The position numbers were made by a program, and so were the translations under genes. Below, in pieces: positions 9,338 to 18,844 of a stretch of DNA of 64,000 nucleotides; positions within the stretch are counted from its first letter, which is position 1; every line of letters starts with the position of its first letter. The stretch spans positions 18,970 to 82,969 of the IMG/VR virus record IMGVR_UViG_3300046001_006965; one strand, 5' to 3'. This DNA comes from a virus. The notes below the pieces were generated by a model. That model was not told where the DNA came from. It ran no database searches and was given only the letters and a program-made list of their open reading frames with translations.

Positions 9338-9784
9338 TTAATTAAATTCAAGTCTCGTTTGATATTTTCCTGCGTAACCTTTGTCTTGGCACATTTTTAT
9401 AAAAACTGGAGGCGTAACGGCTTTTAATTTTTGATCATCAATAATTAATCTTTCGATATCTCGATAATAGAAAACCAAAAATCTTTTGAATGCTGGCCTG
9501 AAATAGTAATTTATGTATTCTTCTATCTCTAAATCTGTCATTTCACGACTTTGAATATATTCCCAATTGTTTTCAACTCCGGTTCTTCTGGTCATAAATG
9601 GATCAGTATTTATAATTAATGCAATTTGCTTTTTTTGGCTGCTTTCTTTATTATAAAAACCATAGGTTACAGTGAATTTTTTATTTTTGATTTGCTTTTT
9701 TAGGAAGCTAAATTCCTCTGGATCAAAATCTATGTTTATGTCTTTTTCCCATAAATCATAGTATCGCTTTGTGTTTTCAGTCAT
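9338..9784 (-). CDS. Hypothetical protein
   Basis: 148-aa ORF. Confidence 0.6.
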   Translation of the reverse strand: MTENTKRYYDLWEKDINIDFDPEEFSFLKKQIKNKKFTVTYGFYNKESSQKKQIALIINTDPFMTRRTGVENNWEYIQSREMTDLEIEEYINYYFRPAFKRFLVFYYRDIERLIIDDQKLKAVTPPVFIKMCQDKGYAGKYQTRLEFN

Positions 9785-9991
9785 TTAAAAATTATTTATA
9801 CTCGAATGAAAATATAAAAAGTTGCCACGGTCAAACTGTATCTTTTTATCGTAAAAATCTTGAATGATTCTTGAAACAGTTTGATCTGACGTTCCTACTA
9901 TTTGACCAATAACTTTCAATCTTCTATCGTCTGAACAAAAAAATAATTCCAAGACTCTCTGCTCTTGATTTCGTGATATTTCATTTAACAT
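9785..9991 (-). CDS. Small HTH protein
   Basis: LKVIGQIVGTSDQTVSRII HTH-like. Confidence 0.6.
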   Translation of the reverse strand: MLNEISRNQEQRVLELFFCSDDRRLKVIGQIVGTSDQTVSRIIQDFYDKKIQFDRGNFLYFHSSINNF

Positions 9992-10011
9992 GGCAACTTC
10001 TTATTTTTGGT

Positions 10012-11124
10012 TTATATTTTTACCGGCATGGCCAGCATTAGAATTTCTTCGCCTTCTTCCAGACCGTCAATTGGTTTTAAGATTCCGGCACGCACTGGTG
10101 TTGACAGTTCCAGTTGAATCATTGTTGATTGTAAAGTGCCCAGCATTTCAGAAAGAAAACGGGAGTTAAACCCGATCTTGATGTCTTCTCCTTCGTAATT
10201 ACACGTAAGGCGTTCATCCGCTTTGTTGGAGTAATCAATATCTTCAGCAAAAATGTTTAGTTCGGTTCCGGCAACTTTCAAAATAATTTGATGCGTAGTT
10301 TTATTGGAGAAAGTCGCCACGCGCTTTACCGATTGCAATAACAAACTTCTGTCAATGATCAACATACTGGGATTGTTTTTTGGAATAACCGCTTCGTAAT
10401 TTGGATATTTGGCATCTATCAAACGGCAGGAAATAATATAGTTTTCAAAAGAAAAAACGGCATTCGAATTGTTGAATTCAATTGTCACGGCTTCGTCCAA
10501 GGTGCTCAATATTGCTTTTAAAACTCCTAACGGTTTCTTTGGCATAATGAAATTGGCATTTTCTGAAGCTTTCACATCTGATCGGGAATACTTGACCAAT
10601 TTGTGAGCATCTGTGGCTGTAAAAATCAAACCTTCAGTTGAAAGTTGAAAATATACACCAGTCATCATTGGCCTCAAATCATCGGTTCCGGTGGCAAAAA
10701 GTGTTTTGCTGATGGCATTTGCTAATACTTTGGAAGGAATTACTGTTGATGATGGATTTTCCAATACAATGGCTTTTGGATATTCTTCTCCAAGGAAATA
10801 AGCAATTTCATATTGTCCAGAATTCGAACTGATTTCGATGGTGTTGTTCTCTTTGGTTGTAAAAACCAAAGGCTGCTCCGAGAATGTTTTCAAAACTTCA
10901 ATCAAAAGTTTGGCTGGTATGGCCACGGATGCTTTGCCCTCAAAATCTACATCCATTGTGGTTGACATCGTGGTTTCCAGATCGGATGCCGTGATTTTCA
11001 ATTGGCCGTTTTCGATTTCAAAAAGGAAGTTGTCCAGGATTGGCATTGTGTTACTATTGGAGATTACTCCACCTAAAAAATTGAGTTTCTTTAATAACTC
11101 CGTGCTGCTTAAAGTGATTTTCAT
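10012..11124 (-). CDS. dnaN: DNA polymerase III beta sliding clamp (phage copy)
   Basis: ASDLET, RPMMTGV, ATDAHKL, YPNYEAVIP, IGFNSRFL, LAMPV; 370 aa. Confidence 0.95.
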   Translation of the reverse strand: MKITLSSTELLKKLNFLGGVISNSNTMPILDNFLFEIENGQLKITASDLETTMSTTMDVDFEGKASVAIPAKLLIEVLKTFSEQPLVFTTKENNTIEISSNSGQYEIAYFLGEEYPKAIVLENPSSTVIPSKVLANAISKTLFATGTDDLRPMMTGVYFQLSTEGLIFTATDAHKLVKYSRSDVKASENANFIMPKKPLGVLKAILSTLDEAVTIEFNNSNAVFSFENYIISCRLIDAKYPNYEAVIPKNNPSMLIIDRSLLLQSVKRVATFSNKTTHQIILKVAGTELNIFAEDIDYSNKADERLTCNYEGEDIKIGFNSRFLSEMLGTLQSTMIQLELSTPVRAGILKPIDGLEEGEEILMLAMPVKI

Positions 11125-11141
11125 AATTTTGTTTTTAATTG

Positions 11142-12479
11142 TTATGCCACTGCTTTTTCTTTGCTTTTTGGCCTTGTTTTGATTACTATTTTTCTAATTT
11201 TTTCCATATTTCGTTGGACTAAATCAATGATCTCATTGTGGTGTTCAGTTGACTCATTTTTCAAACCACGCGATTGTTCAATTTTTAGTTCCGGCAGCCT
11301 CAACTCAATTGTTTCGGCTCGTTTGCCATCTACTTTTGCTGAAAGGATCAATGATTTTTCCTTGAGATAATATTCGTTGGTGTAAACACAATGCTTGAGC
11401 TCGTCGCCTTCTTCCTTGAATTCTTCAATACTTTTGAGAACTGAAATGGATATATTTCCTTTCTTGAATTCCAAGTCGAAGAAATTTTTCCATCTTTCGA
11501 CATAATCAGATATCGCTTTTTCTAGTTTTTGCTGGCGTCTGATTACTCTCAATTTTTCATTTTCTATTTCTTGAATCCTTAAAATCTCACGCTTTTTCTT
11601 CATCAATTTGTCGTGTTCTGCTTTCAGGTTCTTTGGGCAAACATAAACGGCATTACGCAAATCTTTTTTGAAATACCTCAGCAAGTCCAAATAGTCATAC
11701 CAAATTCCGGCATCTTTGATTTTATACTTATTTCTGATTACAATTTTCACAGAATCCCAATAACTTTGGTGGCGACTGTCTTTGTAAACTCCAAAAAACA
11801 AAAGCTCTTTTTGATTGGCTTTTAATAGTGTTTCTATTTTTGGCGAATGTTCCAGTTTGTAAATTAGCAATCTATAATCGCAATGATGATTGAATTTTGT
11901 CAATCCATACTTTTCAAAACGAGGTAAGAACTCCGCTCCTGGACAATTGTAATCTGATGCAAATTTGTCATAATCCGTTTGTTGGTGATAGGGTCTGGAA
12001 TTCTGCCTAACCTCATAATCTGACGAAGAAAAACCATCACCGGTCCAAGTGGTATTTCGTCCTACAATTACGCTTTTGTTTTTATCGTAATCTTTCCACT
12101 CTTCAAACAAGCTTCTGAAATTATACCTTGGTGGTTTATTTTTTGACATTAATTTCCAACAGGAGAAATATCTAAAAACTTGAAATCTATCAACTACTTG
12201 AACCACTGAATAAGAAATTACCTTTTCAAACAATCCGTTATTGATATTGATTTTCTTTAGTTTTTTGGCACACGAAGGGCAAGTAACTCCGATAACTTGC
12301 TCTTGCCAAACTTGCGCTGGCTTCCAGCTGTGATTACATTCCATACAAACTAAATTTTTGTAATGGGTTGTATAATAAAAATCGTGATTAGAAATCACAT
12401 AATCCTCTTGCTCTCTTGGTTCAGAAAGTTCTTTATGAAGATTCCAAACTTCTACTTGTAATCTGGTTCTCGGCTTCAT
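11142..12479 (-). CDS. PcfJ-domain protein
   Basis: CxxC pairs; PKNLKAEHD; EEGDELKHCV; QSRGLKN. Confidence 0.85.
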   Translation of the reverse strand: MKPRTRLQVEVWNLHKELSEPREQEDYVISNHDFYYTTHYKNLVCMECNHSWKPAQVWQEQVIGVTCPSCAKKLKKININNGLFEKVISYSVVQVVDRFQVFRYFSCWKLMSKNKPPRYNFRSLFEEWKDYDKNKSVIVGRNTTWTGDGFSSSDYEVRQNSRPYHQQTDYDKFASDYNCPGAEFLPRFEKYGLTKFNHHCDYRLLIYKLEHSPKIETLLKANQKELLFFGVYKDSRHQSYWDSVKIVIRNKYKIKDAGIWYDYLDLLRYFKKDLRNAVYVCPKNLKAEHDKLMKKKREILRIQEIENEKLRVIRRQQKLEKAISDYVERWKNFFDLEFKKGNISISVLKSIEEFKEEGDELKHCVYTNEYYLKEKSLILSAKVDGKRAETIELRLPELKIEQSRGLKNESTEHHNEIIDLVQRNMEKIRKIVIKTRPKSKEKAVA

Positions 12480-12988
12480 TAGGCAAATAGATCTATTTGT
12501 TCCGCTTCGGTTGCCGGTTTCTTTTTGGCTGCCTTTGCAACTAATTTTTCTTTTTGCTCCGATACTACTTTTTCGATTGCTTGATTTTTAGCATCCTGTA
12601 AATCTTCTTCCGATAGTTTAATCTTTTTAGAAAGGGTTTTCTTCGCTTCTACTTTTGCTTCCTCGATCAACAAATCCATTGCTTTTTCTTTGGCTAATGC
12701 TTTATCTTCTTCGGTCAATTCAACGCTATGATTGACGATTGCTTTTCCGGAGACTGGTTTGATGTTTTTGATGTCGTCTTCATCGTAGTAATGAACTGCC
12801 CAGCCAAATACCTCATCATCGGAATAACCGCCACAATCACCGTCCTTTGCGCACTTCATTACATAGCTGCAGCATTCGTCCAGATTTTTGTTTTCTTTTT
12901 GGTAGGTAACAGCGAAGAGTTCATCTTCAGATGCTCTTTTGTCAAGGTAAGCCTTGATGGTTTCTTTAAATGCGTTTGATGTTTTCAT
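12479..12988 (-). CDS. PcfK-like / AcrIIA9-family protein
   Basis: FKETIKAYLDKRASEDELFA...DDEVFGWAVHYYDED; C-terminal QIDLF. Confidence 0.8.
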   Translation of the reverse strand: MKTSNAFKETIKAYLDKRASEDELFAVTYQKENKNLDECCSYVMKCAKDGDCGGYSDDEVFGWAVHYYDEDDIKNIKPVSGKAIVNHSVELTEEDKALAKEKAMDLLIEEAKVEAKKTLSKKIKLSEEDLQDAKNQAIEKVVSEQKEKLVAKAAKKKPATEAEQIDLFA

Positions 12989-13029
12989 TTTACTCGTTTT
13001 TAAAATTTGATTGTTAATTAAAACGCAAA

Positions 13030-13113
13030 TGAGCTATAAATTCCCAACGTCTCACTTTTGGTTCATTACAGCTCAATGCTATGCTTTAAGTTTCGTAATG
13101 TGAGACGGAAACT
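13030..13113 (-). ncRNA. Structured leader A (two hairpins with complementary loops)
   Basis: Loops CGUCUCAC and GUGAGACG; see finding. Confidence 0.55.
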
Positions 13114-13136
13114 GTTTTGTAAATATATAAAATCAA

Positions 13137-13171
13137 TAACATATTTTGCAAGTTTATAACCTAATATGTTA
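13137..13171 (-). promoter_or_regulatory. 35-bp operator (copy 3)
   Basis: TAACATATT-N17-AATATGTTA. Confidence 0.65.
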
Positions 13172-13193
13172 TTGTTCTAAATAAGATATGGAG

Positions 13194-13631
13194 CTATAAT
13201 CCCCAAATTAGCATCATTGCATCACGCTGCTCTTGATTGGTTCTTTCTTTTATTTTGGTAATCTGCTCAAAAAATTTTGAATCTGTTTTAGATTTCGTTG
13301 GTTTTACTTGTGTAAATGGTAGTTTCAAGAACTCGCACATTTCGCAAATTTTCTTAGCTATCTCGTGATTTGCTCCAACCCGCTCACTTATTTTTCCATT
13401 AAAAGCTGTGGAAGCTGCTGCTTTGAAATGCCTGTTTCCTCCGTTCAGAAATCCACATTCTACATACACCATCACCTCGTAATCTAAATATTCTGGTGTG
13501 TTTTTTATAAAATAAAGCATTTGCAAAAGCTCGAAAAACTTTAAATTTTTAAGCTGTATTTTTTTGCCTGATTTCAAGGCAAACCCAGATTTATCGGTGT
13601 CAGGATCTATGCCTATAAGTATTTTTCCCAT
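13194..13631 (-). CDS. RuvC-like (RNase H fold) resolvase/nuclease
   Basis: LIGIDPD, VYVE, EQRDAMMLI. Confidence 0.6.
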   Translation of the reverse strand: MGKILIGIDPDTDKSGFALKSGKKIQLKNLKFFELLQMLYFIKNTPEYLDYEVMVYVECGFLNGGNRHFKAAASTAFNGKISERVGANHEIAKKICEMCEFLKLPFTQVKPTKSKTDSKFFEQITKIKERTNQEQRDAMMLIWGL

Positions 13632-13633
13632 AA

Positions 13634-13999
13634 TTAAAAAATTGATTTTTCTTCAAAAGATTCGCATTTGTTTGGCATAGGTTCTTGTTCTTGAAAGGTT
13701 TCATATTTTTTATGAAGTCCTCTTTTTTCAATAGAAAAAGGAAACATTAATTTATCTAATTTTGAACATTTAAAAACTTTTACCATTTTATCTGTGTAAT
13801 CAACTTCTCCATATCCGCAATACGTTTCAAAAGAAACTTCTTTTTGTATTTTTTCTAAATGTTCGCAAAAGTGACAGGCTTTTTTATTGGCTGGATTTTG
13901 ATCGCATTTCAATTCGTGGTTGATCATTGCGTGTTTTCGCTTCAATTCTTTTTTACAAAAATCACATTTGTAAATGGTTACGTTTTCGATTGTTTTCAT
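13634..13999 (-). CDS. Cys-rich zinc-binding hypothetical protein
   Basis: CDFC...HELKC, CHFC. Confidence 0.65.
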   Translation of the reverse strand: MKTIENVTIYKCDFCKKELKRKHAMINHELKCDQNPANKKACHFCEHLEKIQKEVSFETYCGYGEVDYTDKMVKVFKCSKLDKLMFPFSIEKRGLHKKYETFQEQEPMPNKCESFEEKSIF

Positions 14000-14011
14000 T
14001 TTGTAATAGAA

Positions 14012-14752
14012 TTAAAATTTATAATCTCCTTTTATTACTAATCTTTTTTGTCTCAAGTAATTCAGAAAAGGTTGCATTTCGGTTTTCTTTTCCCAATCGA
14101 TAATGGTATCTTCCAGCATTTGTCGGTCCATATTTTGAACCATTTCATCTATTTCCTGATGCATCTGTGCCTCTTTTTCCTTTCGTAATTTTTCAGCTTT
14201 TCTTTTTTCGTAGAACTGATGAACGGCATTGCTTCGAATATCATTTTCAGTTTGGGTGCTGCTGGTTTCTCTCTCTTTGATTCGCTCAAATTCAATGTAT
14301 TTTTTTTCGAGATATTCCGGCATCCATTTTACAAGCACGTTTTGTCCATCAAGTTTGTAATCTTTACCGTCTCCCAGAATGCCTTGACGAACTTGTTTGA
14401 GCATCAACACAACGTCTTCGATAGTTTCATAAGGATATTTTTCGGCGATATCCGCTGCCAGCAAAGCTGACTGTGTTGCAGAAAGTGATTTTCCAACATT
14501 GAAATTTGCATTAAATCTGTTGAGCAAATAACAAATGGCGGTTATGGTGCCAATTTCTCCAACTGTTTTTTCTAGTTTTTTAAGTGTGGTACCGTCAATG
14601 GCTTTTATCAAACTTAGATTTTTCTCAAAAACAATTAATCCAACTTCGTTATTAGCCGCCAAACATTGCATTAACTGCATTGACTGCTGATTGCTTATGG
14701 TTAGCATCTGCTCTTTGTGAATTGAGACTTCGTACATTTTCTCTGTTTCCAT
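14012..14752 (-). CDS. Hypothetical replication-associated protein
   Basis: Directly downstream of the initiator, in the loader position. Confidence 0.6.
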   Translation of the reverse strand: METEKMYEVSIHKEQMLTISNQQSMQLMQCLAANNEVGLIVFEKNLSLIKAIDGTTLKKLEKTVGEIGTITAICYLLNRFNANFNVGKSLSATQSALLAADIAEKYPYETIEDVVLMLKQVRQGILGDGKDYKLDGQNVLVKWMPEYLEKKYIEFERIKERETSSTQTENDIRSNAVHQFYEKRKAEKLRKEKEAQMHQEIDEMVQNMDRQMLEDTIIDWEKKTEMQPFLNYLRQKRLVIKGDYKF

Positions 14753-15578
14753 AATTATCTTCTAAAATTTTTAAAAAATTGGCTGGTTTGAAAATCCAAT
14801 CAAAACTAGCCGTCCAGTTATCTTTGTTGTCGCCCTGCAGAAATGGGGAATCTCTCGTTTTTTGAATTACGTTCTGAATTGATTCTTTGCCGTATTGTTT
14901 TTCCAACAGCTGAATTCTTTTTTTCCTGACATCTGACATTTTTTTTACTTCAGGTAAAAGCCCCCGGTTTGAATTAAAAAAAGAAAGAAGTTTATCAAAA
15001 TCAATCTTGTGGGTTGGAAGTTGATTTGGAAAATCAACAACTCCGTTAGGAGTATATTTTTCTTTTGTTTTCTCTTCTATAATTTCCTCTTCTATACTAT
15101 ACTCTTCTTTTCTTTGCGGATAACTTCCGGCAATCTCCCGCGGATTGACCTCTTTTTTGGGGCAATCTCCCGCGGATTGACCTCTTTTTTGCCTTATTTT
15201 GTCCAATATGTCGGAGTATTGAAACATTTCTGTTTTTCTTTTTCGATAAGCATCTTGAATACTGTCGGCAAATTTTTGACTGTAAATCACTTTGTAATCA
15301 TCAAAAAGAGCTTTGTCAATTGCTCCTAATTTTGCCAAATCATTTAAAATCGAAAGTGTTTTTTCTTCGTCAATTTTAAAAATAGAATTCAGAAACATTA
15401 AGGTCATTTCATCTGAAGCATCTATGTAATGATTATTGGCCTTTCCCAGCTGTTCTAATAGCTTAAACCAGGTTGCATACCCATCATTACCGTATTTTGT
15501 TTCTATGATGTGCATTTTGCGTCCGTGAGTACAATCGTGTGGAAAATAATCAACATCTTTTCTTTGTTCTCTAGCCAT
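14652..15578 (-). CDS. Phage replication initiator (DUF4373/Lin1244-like N-terminus)
   Basis: DYFPHD...YGNDGYA; C-terminal SPFLQGDN..W.ASFDWIFKPANFLKILE; internal direct repeats. Confidence 0.8.
   Translation of the reverse strand: MAREQRKDVDYFPHDCTHGRKMHIIETKYGNDGYATWFKLLEQLGKANNHYIDASDEMTLMFLNSIFKIDEEKTLSILNDLAKLGAIDKALFDDYKVIYSQKFADSIQDAYRKRKTEMFQYSDILDKIRQKRGQSAGDCPKKEVNPREIAGSYPQRKEEYSIEEEIIEEKTKEKYTPNGVVDFPNQLPTHKIDFDKLLSFFNSNRGLLPEVKKMSDVRKKRIQLLEKQYGKESIQNVIQKTRDSPFLQGDNKDNWTASFDWIFKPANFLKILEDNYGNRENVRSLNSQRADANHKQSAVNAVNAMFGG
15129..15191. repeat. Two 31-bp direct repeats (iterons, putative origin)
   Basis: GGCAATCTCCCGCGGATTGACCTCTTTTTTG at 15129 and 15161. Confidence 0.85.
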
Positions 15579-15586
15579 AATAATTT

Positions 15587-16735
15587 CTACTTTTTAAAAG
15601 GTACGTTTGTGAGTTGTCTTCCGTTGTTCCAGATGGCAAAACGACCTTCAGTATCAACTTCAATTTTCATTGTTTCAATCTTGCCAAATTGGTTGAGATT
15701 GCCTCCTAAATCTACCACCCACGCATTTTGTTTGTTGGGATGAATTCGCATGGCACGGCCTACAATTTGATAGAACAAAGACAACGACATCGTGGATCTG
15801 GCCATCAATACTGCTTCGAGTTCCGGATAATCAAACCCGGTGGTTAAAACACCCACATTTACCACGCATTTTATAATTCCTTTTTTGAATCTTGAAAGGA
15901 TGCGTTCGCGTTCTTCTTTCTTGGTATCCGATGTCAATAGAACGGCTCCCGGAATGCGTTTTACCACTTCTTTGGCTTCGGTGATCAAAGCGCAAAAAAT
16001 TAGAAGATTTGGCTTTTTTGACAGCACGTAAAAAGCATATTTTACAATCCGGCTGGGCATATCGATTGACTTGTAATACCGACTTAGTGAAGCGGTTGTA
16101 AAATCGGTTCCTGAACTGTTTAATTCTAGTTTTGAGCGATCAATTACATCAAAGGAGTAATACTCTAGCTTTGCCAAAAATCCAGCGTCAAACAGCGTAT
16201 TATTTTGAACGTAATACAGAATTTTATTAAAAATTCGTGGAGTGCTTCGGGTCAGGAATGTTAGCTGTGGTCCTTCGCTTGTTTGCGACAAACGATATGG
16301 TGTGGCGGTTAATCCCAACACATTGGCATCCGGAAAATGATTGATGAATTCCTGATACATTCCACCGTCTGAATTAACCAAATGACATTCGTCGATTAGT
16401 ATGTTTTTCAGTCCGGCAAACAAATGTTTTTTGTTGATGATGCTGCCAATGGTGCAAAAAGTGACGCGACCAATTATCTTTTCGCCAGCTGATGCGCTGT
16501 AGATGGATGCTTTGCCATATTTGGAATACTTCTCATAGTTCTGTTCCAGGATCTCTTTCGAGGGCTGGAGGATGATTGTTTTACCCTCCAGCGGTGCTAC
16601 TAAGTTGGCAATAACAATAGATTTTCCAGCGCCTGTTGGCAGGACAATTACAGCATTGTCATTTGACTTTCCCTGTAAATATTCCACTCCTAAACGTGTT
16701 GAATCTGCTTGATAAGGCCTTAATTGAAATCCCAT
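15587..16735 (-). CDS. SF2 DExH helicase (RadD/YejH-like)
   Basis: LRPYQ, PTGAGKS, DECH, LTATP, LTTGFD, QIVGRAMR. Confidence 0.92.
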   Translation of the reverse strand: MGFQLRPYQADSTRLGVEYLQGKSNDNAVIVLPTGAGKSIVIANLVAPLEGKTIILQPSKEILEQNYEKYSKYGKASIYSASAGEKIIGRVTFCTIGSIINKKHLFAGLKNILIDECHLVNSDGGMYQEFINHFPDANVLGLTATPYRLSQTSEGPQLTFLTRSTPRIFNKILYYVQNNTLFDAGFLAKLEYYSFDVIDRSKLELNSSGTDFTTASLSRYYKSIDMPSRIVKYAFYVLSKKPNLLIFCALITEAKEVVKRIPGAVLLTSDTKKEERERILSRFKKGIIKCVVNVGVLTTGFDYPELEAVLMARSTMSLSLFYQIVGRAMRIHPNKQNAWVVDLGGNLNQFGKIETMKIEVDTEGRFAIWNNGRQLTNVPFKK

Positions 16736-16737
16736 CC

Positions 16738-17340
16738 TTAAACGGCTTGTGATTCATCATCGAATTTTGCATTATCAAAAGAGGCATCTTCTGAAGCAAA
16801 ATCCATGTGCAATTGTTCTGGTTGTGGAGCTGATTTTCCGTTCATGTAAAACTCAACCTCTTTGATGGCATTATCTAAAATAGCAGTCAATTGAGTCAAA
16901 TAAAGATAGGCTCCGTTTAGTTTTACTTTTGGAGCACTAAACTTAATTACTCCATTTGTCACTTCTTTGTAACCTGATAAAATCAAAGCTCTGTTTTCCT
17001 CTACTCCAGATATTGAAAAAGCATTCACGAAATATTTTTCTGTTTCAACTTCTTCTTCAAGAAATGATAATTCGGTTGCATTATCATTACCCGTGTAGGC
17101 ATCATCCAAGTGTGCCAGGAACACATCAAACTTATCGAATGCTATTTCTAAATCTTCGTGAACGATGTGTTTTCCGTTTCTTGAAAGTCCATCGCCTTTA
17201 GTCTTTCCGGTTAATAATTCGTAGGAATAATTGCAAAGAGCATCTTTGAGCGAAGCGCTTTTTATTTCTACATCTTTTTGAACTTGATCTGCTAATCCTA
17301 ATTTTTCTGTAAGGATTGTGAAAACTTTTTCTTTTGACAT
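16738..17340 (-). CDS. Hypothetical protein
   Basis: 200-aa acidic ORF. Confidence 0.65.
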   Translation of the reverse strand: MSKEKVFTILTEKLGLADQVQKDVEIKSASLKDALCNYSYELLTGKTKGDGLSRNGKHIVHEDLEIAFDKFDVFLAHLDDAYTGNDNATELSFLEEEVETEKYFVNAFSISGVEENRALILSGYKEVTNGVIKFSAPKVKLNGAYLYLTQLTAILDNAIKEVEFYMNGKSAPQPEQLHMDFASEDASFDNAKFDDESQAV

Positions 17341-17349
17341 GGTGGTTAT

Positions 17350-17769
17350 TTAATTAAAAATTGATATTTGGTTTCTGTTTTGTTGCGATGCATTGGCCTG
17401 TTGTATCAGGCTGTATTCTTTGCTTATCCAAACTCGCAACGGTCTTTGGTGGGCTTCTTTATTGGTGCTTTTTTGGGTTCTTTCGGTATCGAAAATCAAA
17501 TGTCTTTTTGATAATTTTCTGAAAGGAACTCCAAAAACACTTGGTTGTGATGGAGGTGCATTTCCTGAATTAAAAAATGCCTTTTTCAGATCATCTGCAG
17601 TGAATGGTTTCATCTGTGTTTTTACCCAATTTTCGGCAAAAGCGCAAAGTTTATCGCAATAGACTTTGTTGTTTACTTCTACATCTTCGACGGCTTGGTT
17701 GGTTACTTGGAATGGTGTCATAATTTTTTTTTGTTTTAAAAAGATTCCTTTTCTTTGAATAAAGAGCAA
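17350..17769 (-). CDS. Hypothetical protein (winged-helix-like; start probably MTPFQ)
   Basis: Coupled ORF, ends QISIFN. Confidence 0.55.
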   Translation of the reverse strand: MLFIQRKGIFLKQKKIMTPFQVTNQAVEDVEVNNKVYCDKLCAFAENWVKTQMKPFTADDLKKAFFNSGNAPPSQPSVFGVPFRKLSKRHLIFDTERTQKSTNKEAHQRPLRVWISKEYSLIQQANASQQNRNQISIFN

Positions 17770-17942
17770 GCAGCATCTTTACATTTAATTTTTAATAGTC
17801 CATTATTGGTTCTGTTTGATTTCCTGATACCACAATACTGAAACACCTTTGAATTACATTCCCATCGTTGGCGGTGTTCACAATCTCTACAAGTATTTGT
17901 TGGTTTTGAAACCTGCTCTTCAAATTCAAATAGATTAACCAT
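17736..17942 (-). CDS. Small Cys-rich protein
   Basis: CRDCEH...YC...C..AC. Confidence 0.6.
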   Translation of the reverse strand: MVNLFEFEEQVSKPTNTCRDCEHRQRWECNSKVFQYCGIRKSNRTNNGLLKIKCKDAACSLFKEKESF

Positions 17943-18324
17943 TAAAAGATTGCATTTCAGCTTTCGCTTTTGATATTAAAGTTCTGCACCAGTCTAGTTG
18001 GTGTGTACATGATGCATTTAATCTTGTTGCCCAAGTCAATAAGTAATTTTCATTTTCAACTAATGTATCTGTAAATTTTACTGCAACACTGGGTGGAAGG
18101 GCAACTATCTTTTTAATTTCTGAAACTATATCACTCCTTAATTTACGGTCCTTATGAATTTTAGAATCAGCTAGAAGTTTTCCGGTTCTTGCCATATAAA
18201 CTGATAATGTATTTCCTCTATAGACAGCCTCGTTAGCATCTTCACTCATTTCTATTTCAAGAAATTCCTGTATAGTTATTAGTTCTTTTTTAATTTCAGA
18301 TAGGCTTGTTACTAAGTCATTCAT
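17935..18324 (-). CDS. Hypothetical helical protein
   Basis: Coupled ORF. Confidence 0.65.
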   Translation of the reverse strand: MNDLVTSLSEIKKELITIQEFLEIEMSEDANEAVYRGNTLSVYMARTGKLLADSKIHKDRKLRSDIVSEIKKIVALPPSVAVKFTDTLVENENYLLTWATRLNASCTHQLDWCRTLISKAKAEMQSFNG

Positions 18325-18330
18325 CTTTTT

Positions 18331-18597
18331 TTAATTTTTGTAACCGTTAAAAGCCATTACTTGATCTTCTGGAATAAGGAATTTCACTACTGCCGTCAAT
18401 CCCCTAAAAAATCTTCTTTTCTGGGTAAGCGACTGAATAATTCCTTGATGCTTTTTAATCCTGGCATCATATTTTTTAGCATAATGTTTACTGAGCTCTA
18501 TTTCAAAAAGCAAGTAATTAATGCCGTTCAGCGTGTGTACAATTTTTTCACTCATAATTCGGTGGCTTTTTTGATTGCTGATTTTGCTTTGTCCCAA
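18331..18597 (-). CDS. Hypothetical protein (start probably MSEKI)
   Basis: Coupled ORF. Confidence 0.5.
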   Translation of the reverse strand: MGQSKISNQKSHRIMSEKIVHTLNGINYLLFEIELSKHYAKKYDARIKKHQGIIQSLTQKRRFFRGLTAVVKFLIPEDQVMAFNGYKN

Positions 18598-18842
18598 GCA
18601 ATGTGATTCCTATCTGAGATTTTAACTACTTCTATTAATGCTTCCAGTAATTCCGGGGCTGCTGCGATTAGCTTGGCGTTTGATTTTGAAACGCTTTCAC
18701 AAATAAGGTTTCCACCATAATACTCAATGGCATCTTCGCCAACCGAACCTCTTATAGAAAGTGATTCATCATTTTTAGAAATAACACAACTATTATATTT
18801 GCCTATTTCCCACGGTCCTTTTGTTCCTTTAAATTCTGCCAT
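18552..18842 (-). CDS. Conserved phage hypothetical protein
   Basis: TKGPW...NAKLIAAAPELLEAL family motif. Confidence 0.75.
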   Translation of the reverse strand: MAEFKGTKGPWEIGKYNSCVISKNDESLSIRGSVGEDAIEYYGGNLICESVSKSNAKLIAAAPELLEALIEVVKISDRNHIAWDKAKSAIKKATEL

Positions 18843-18844
18843 AA

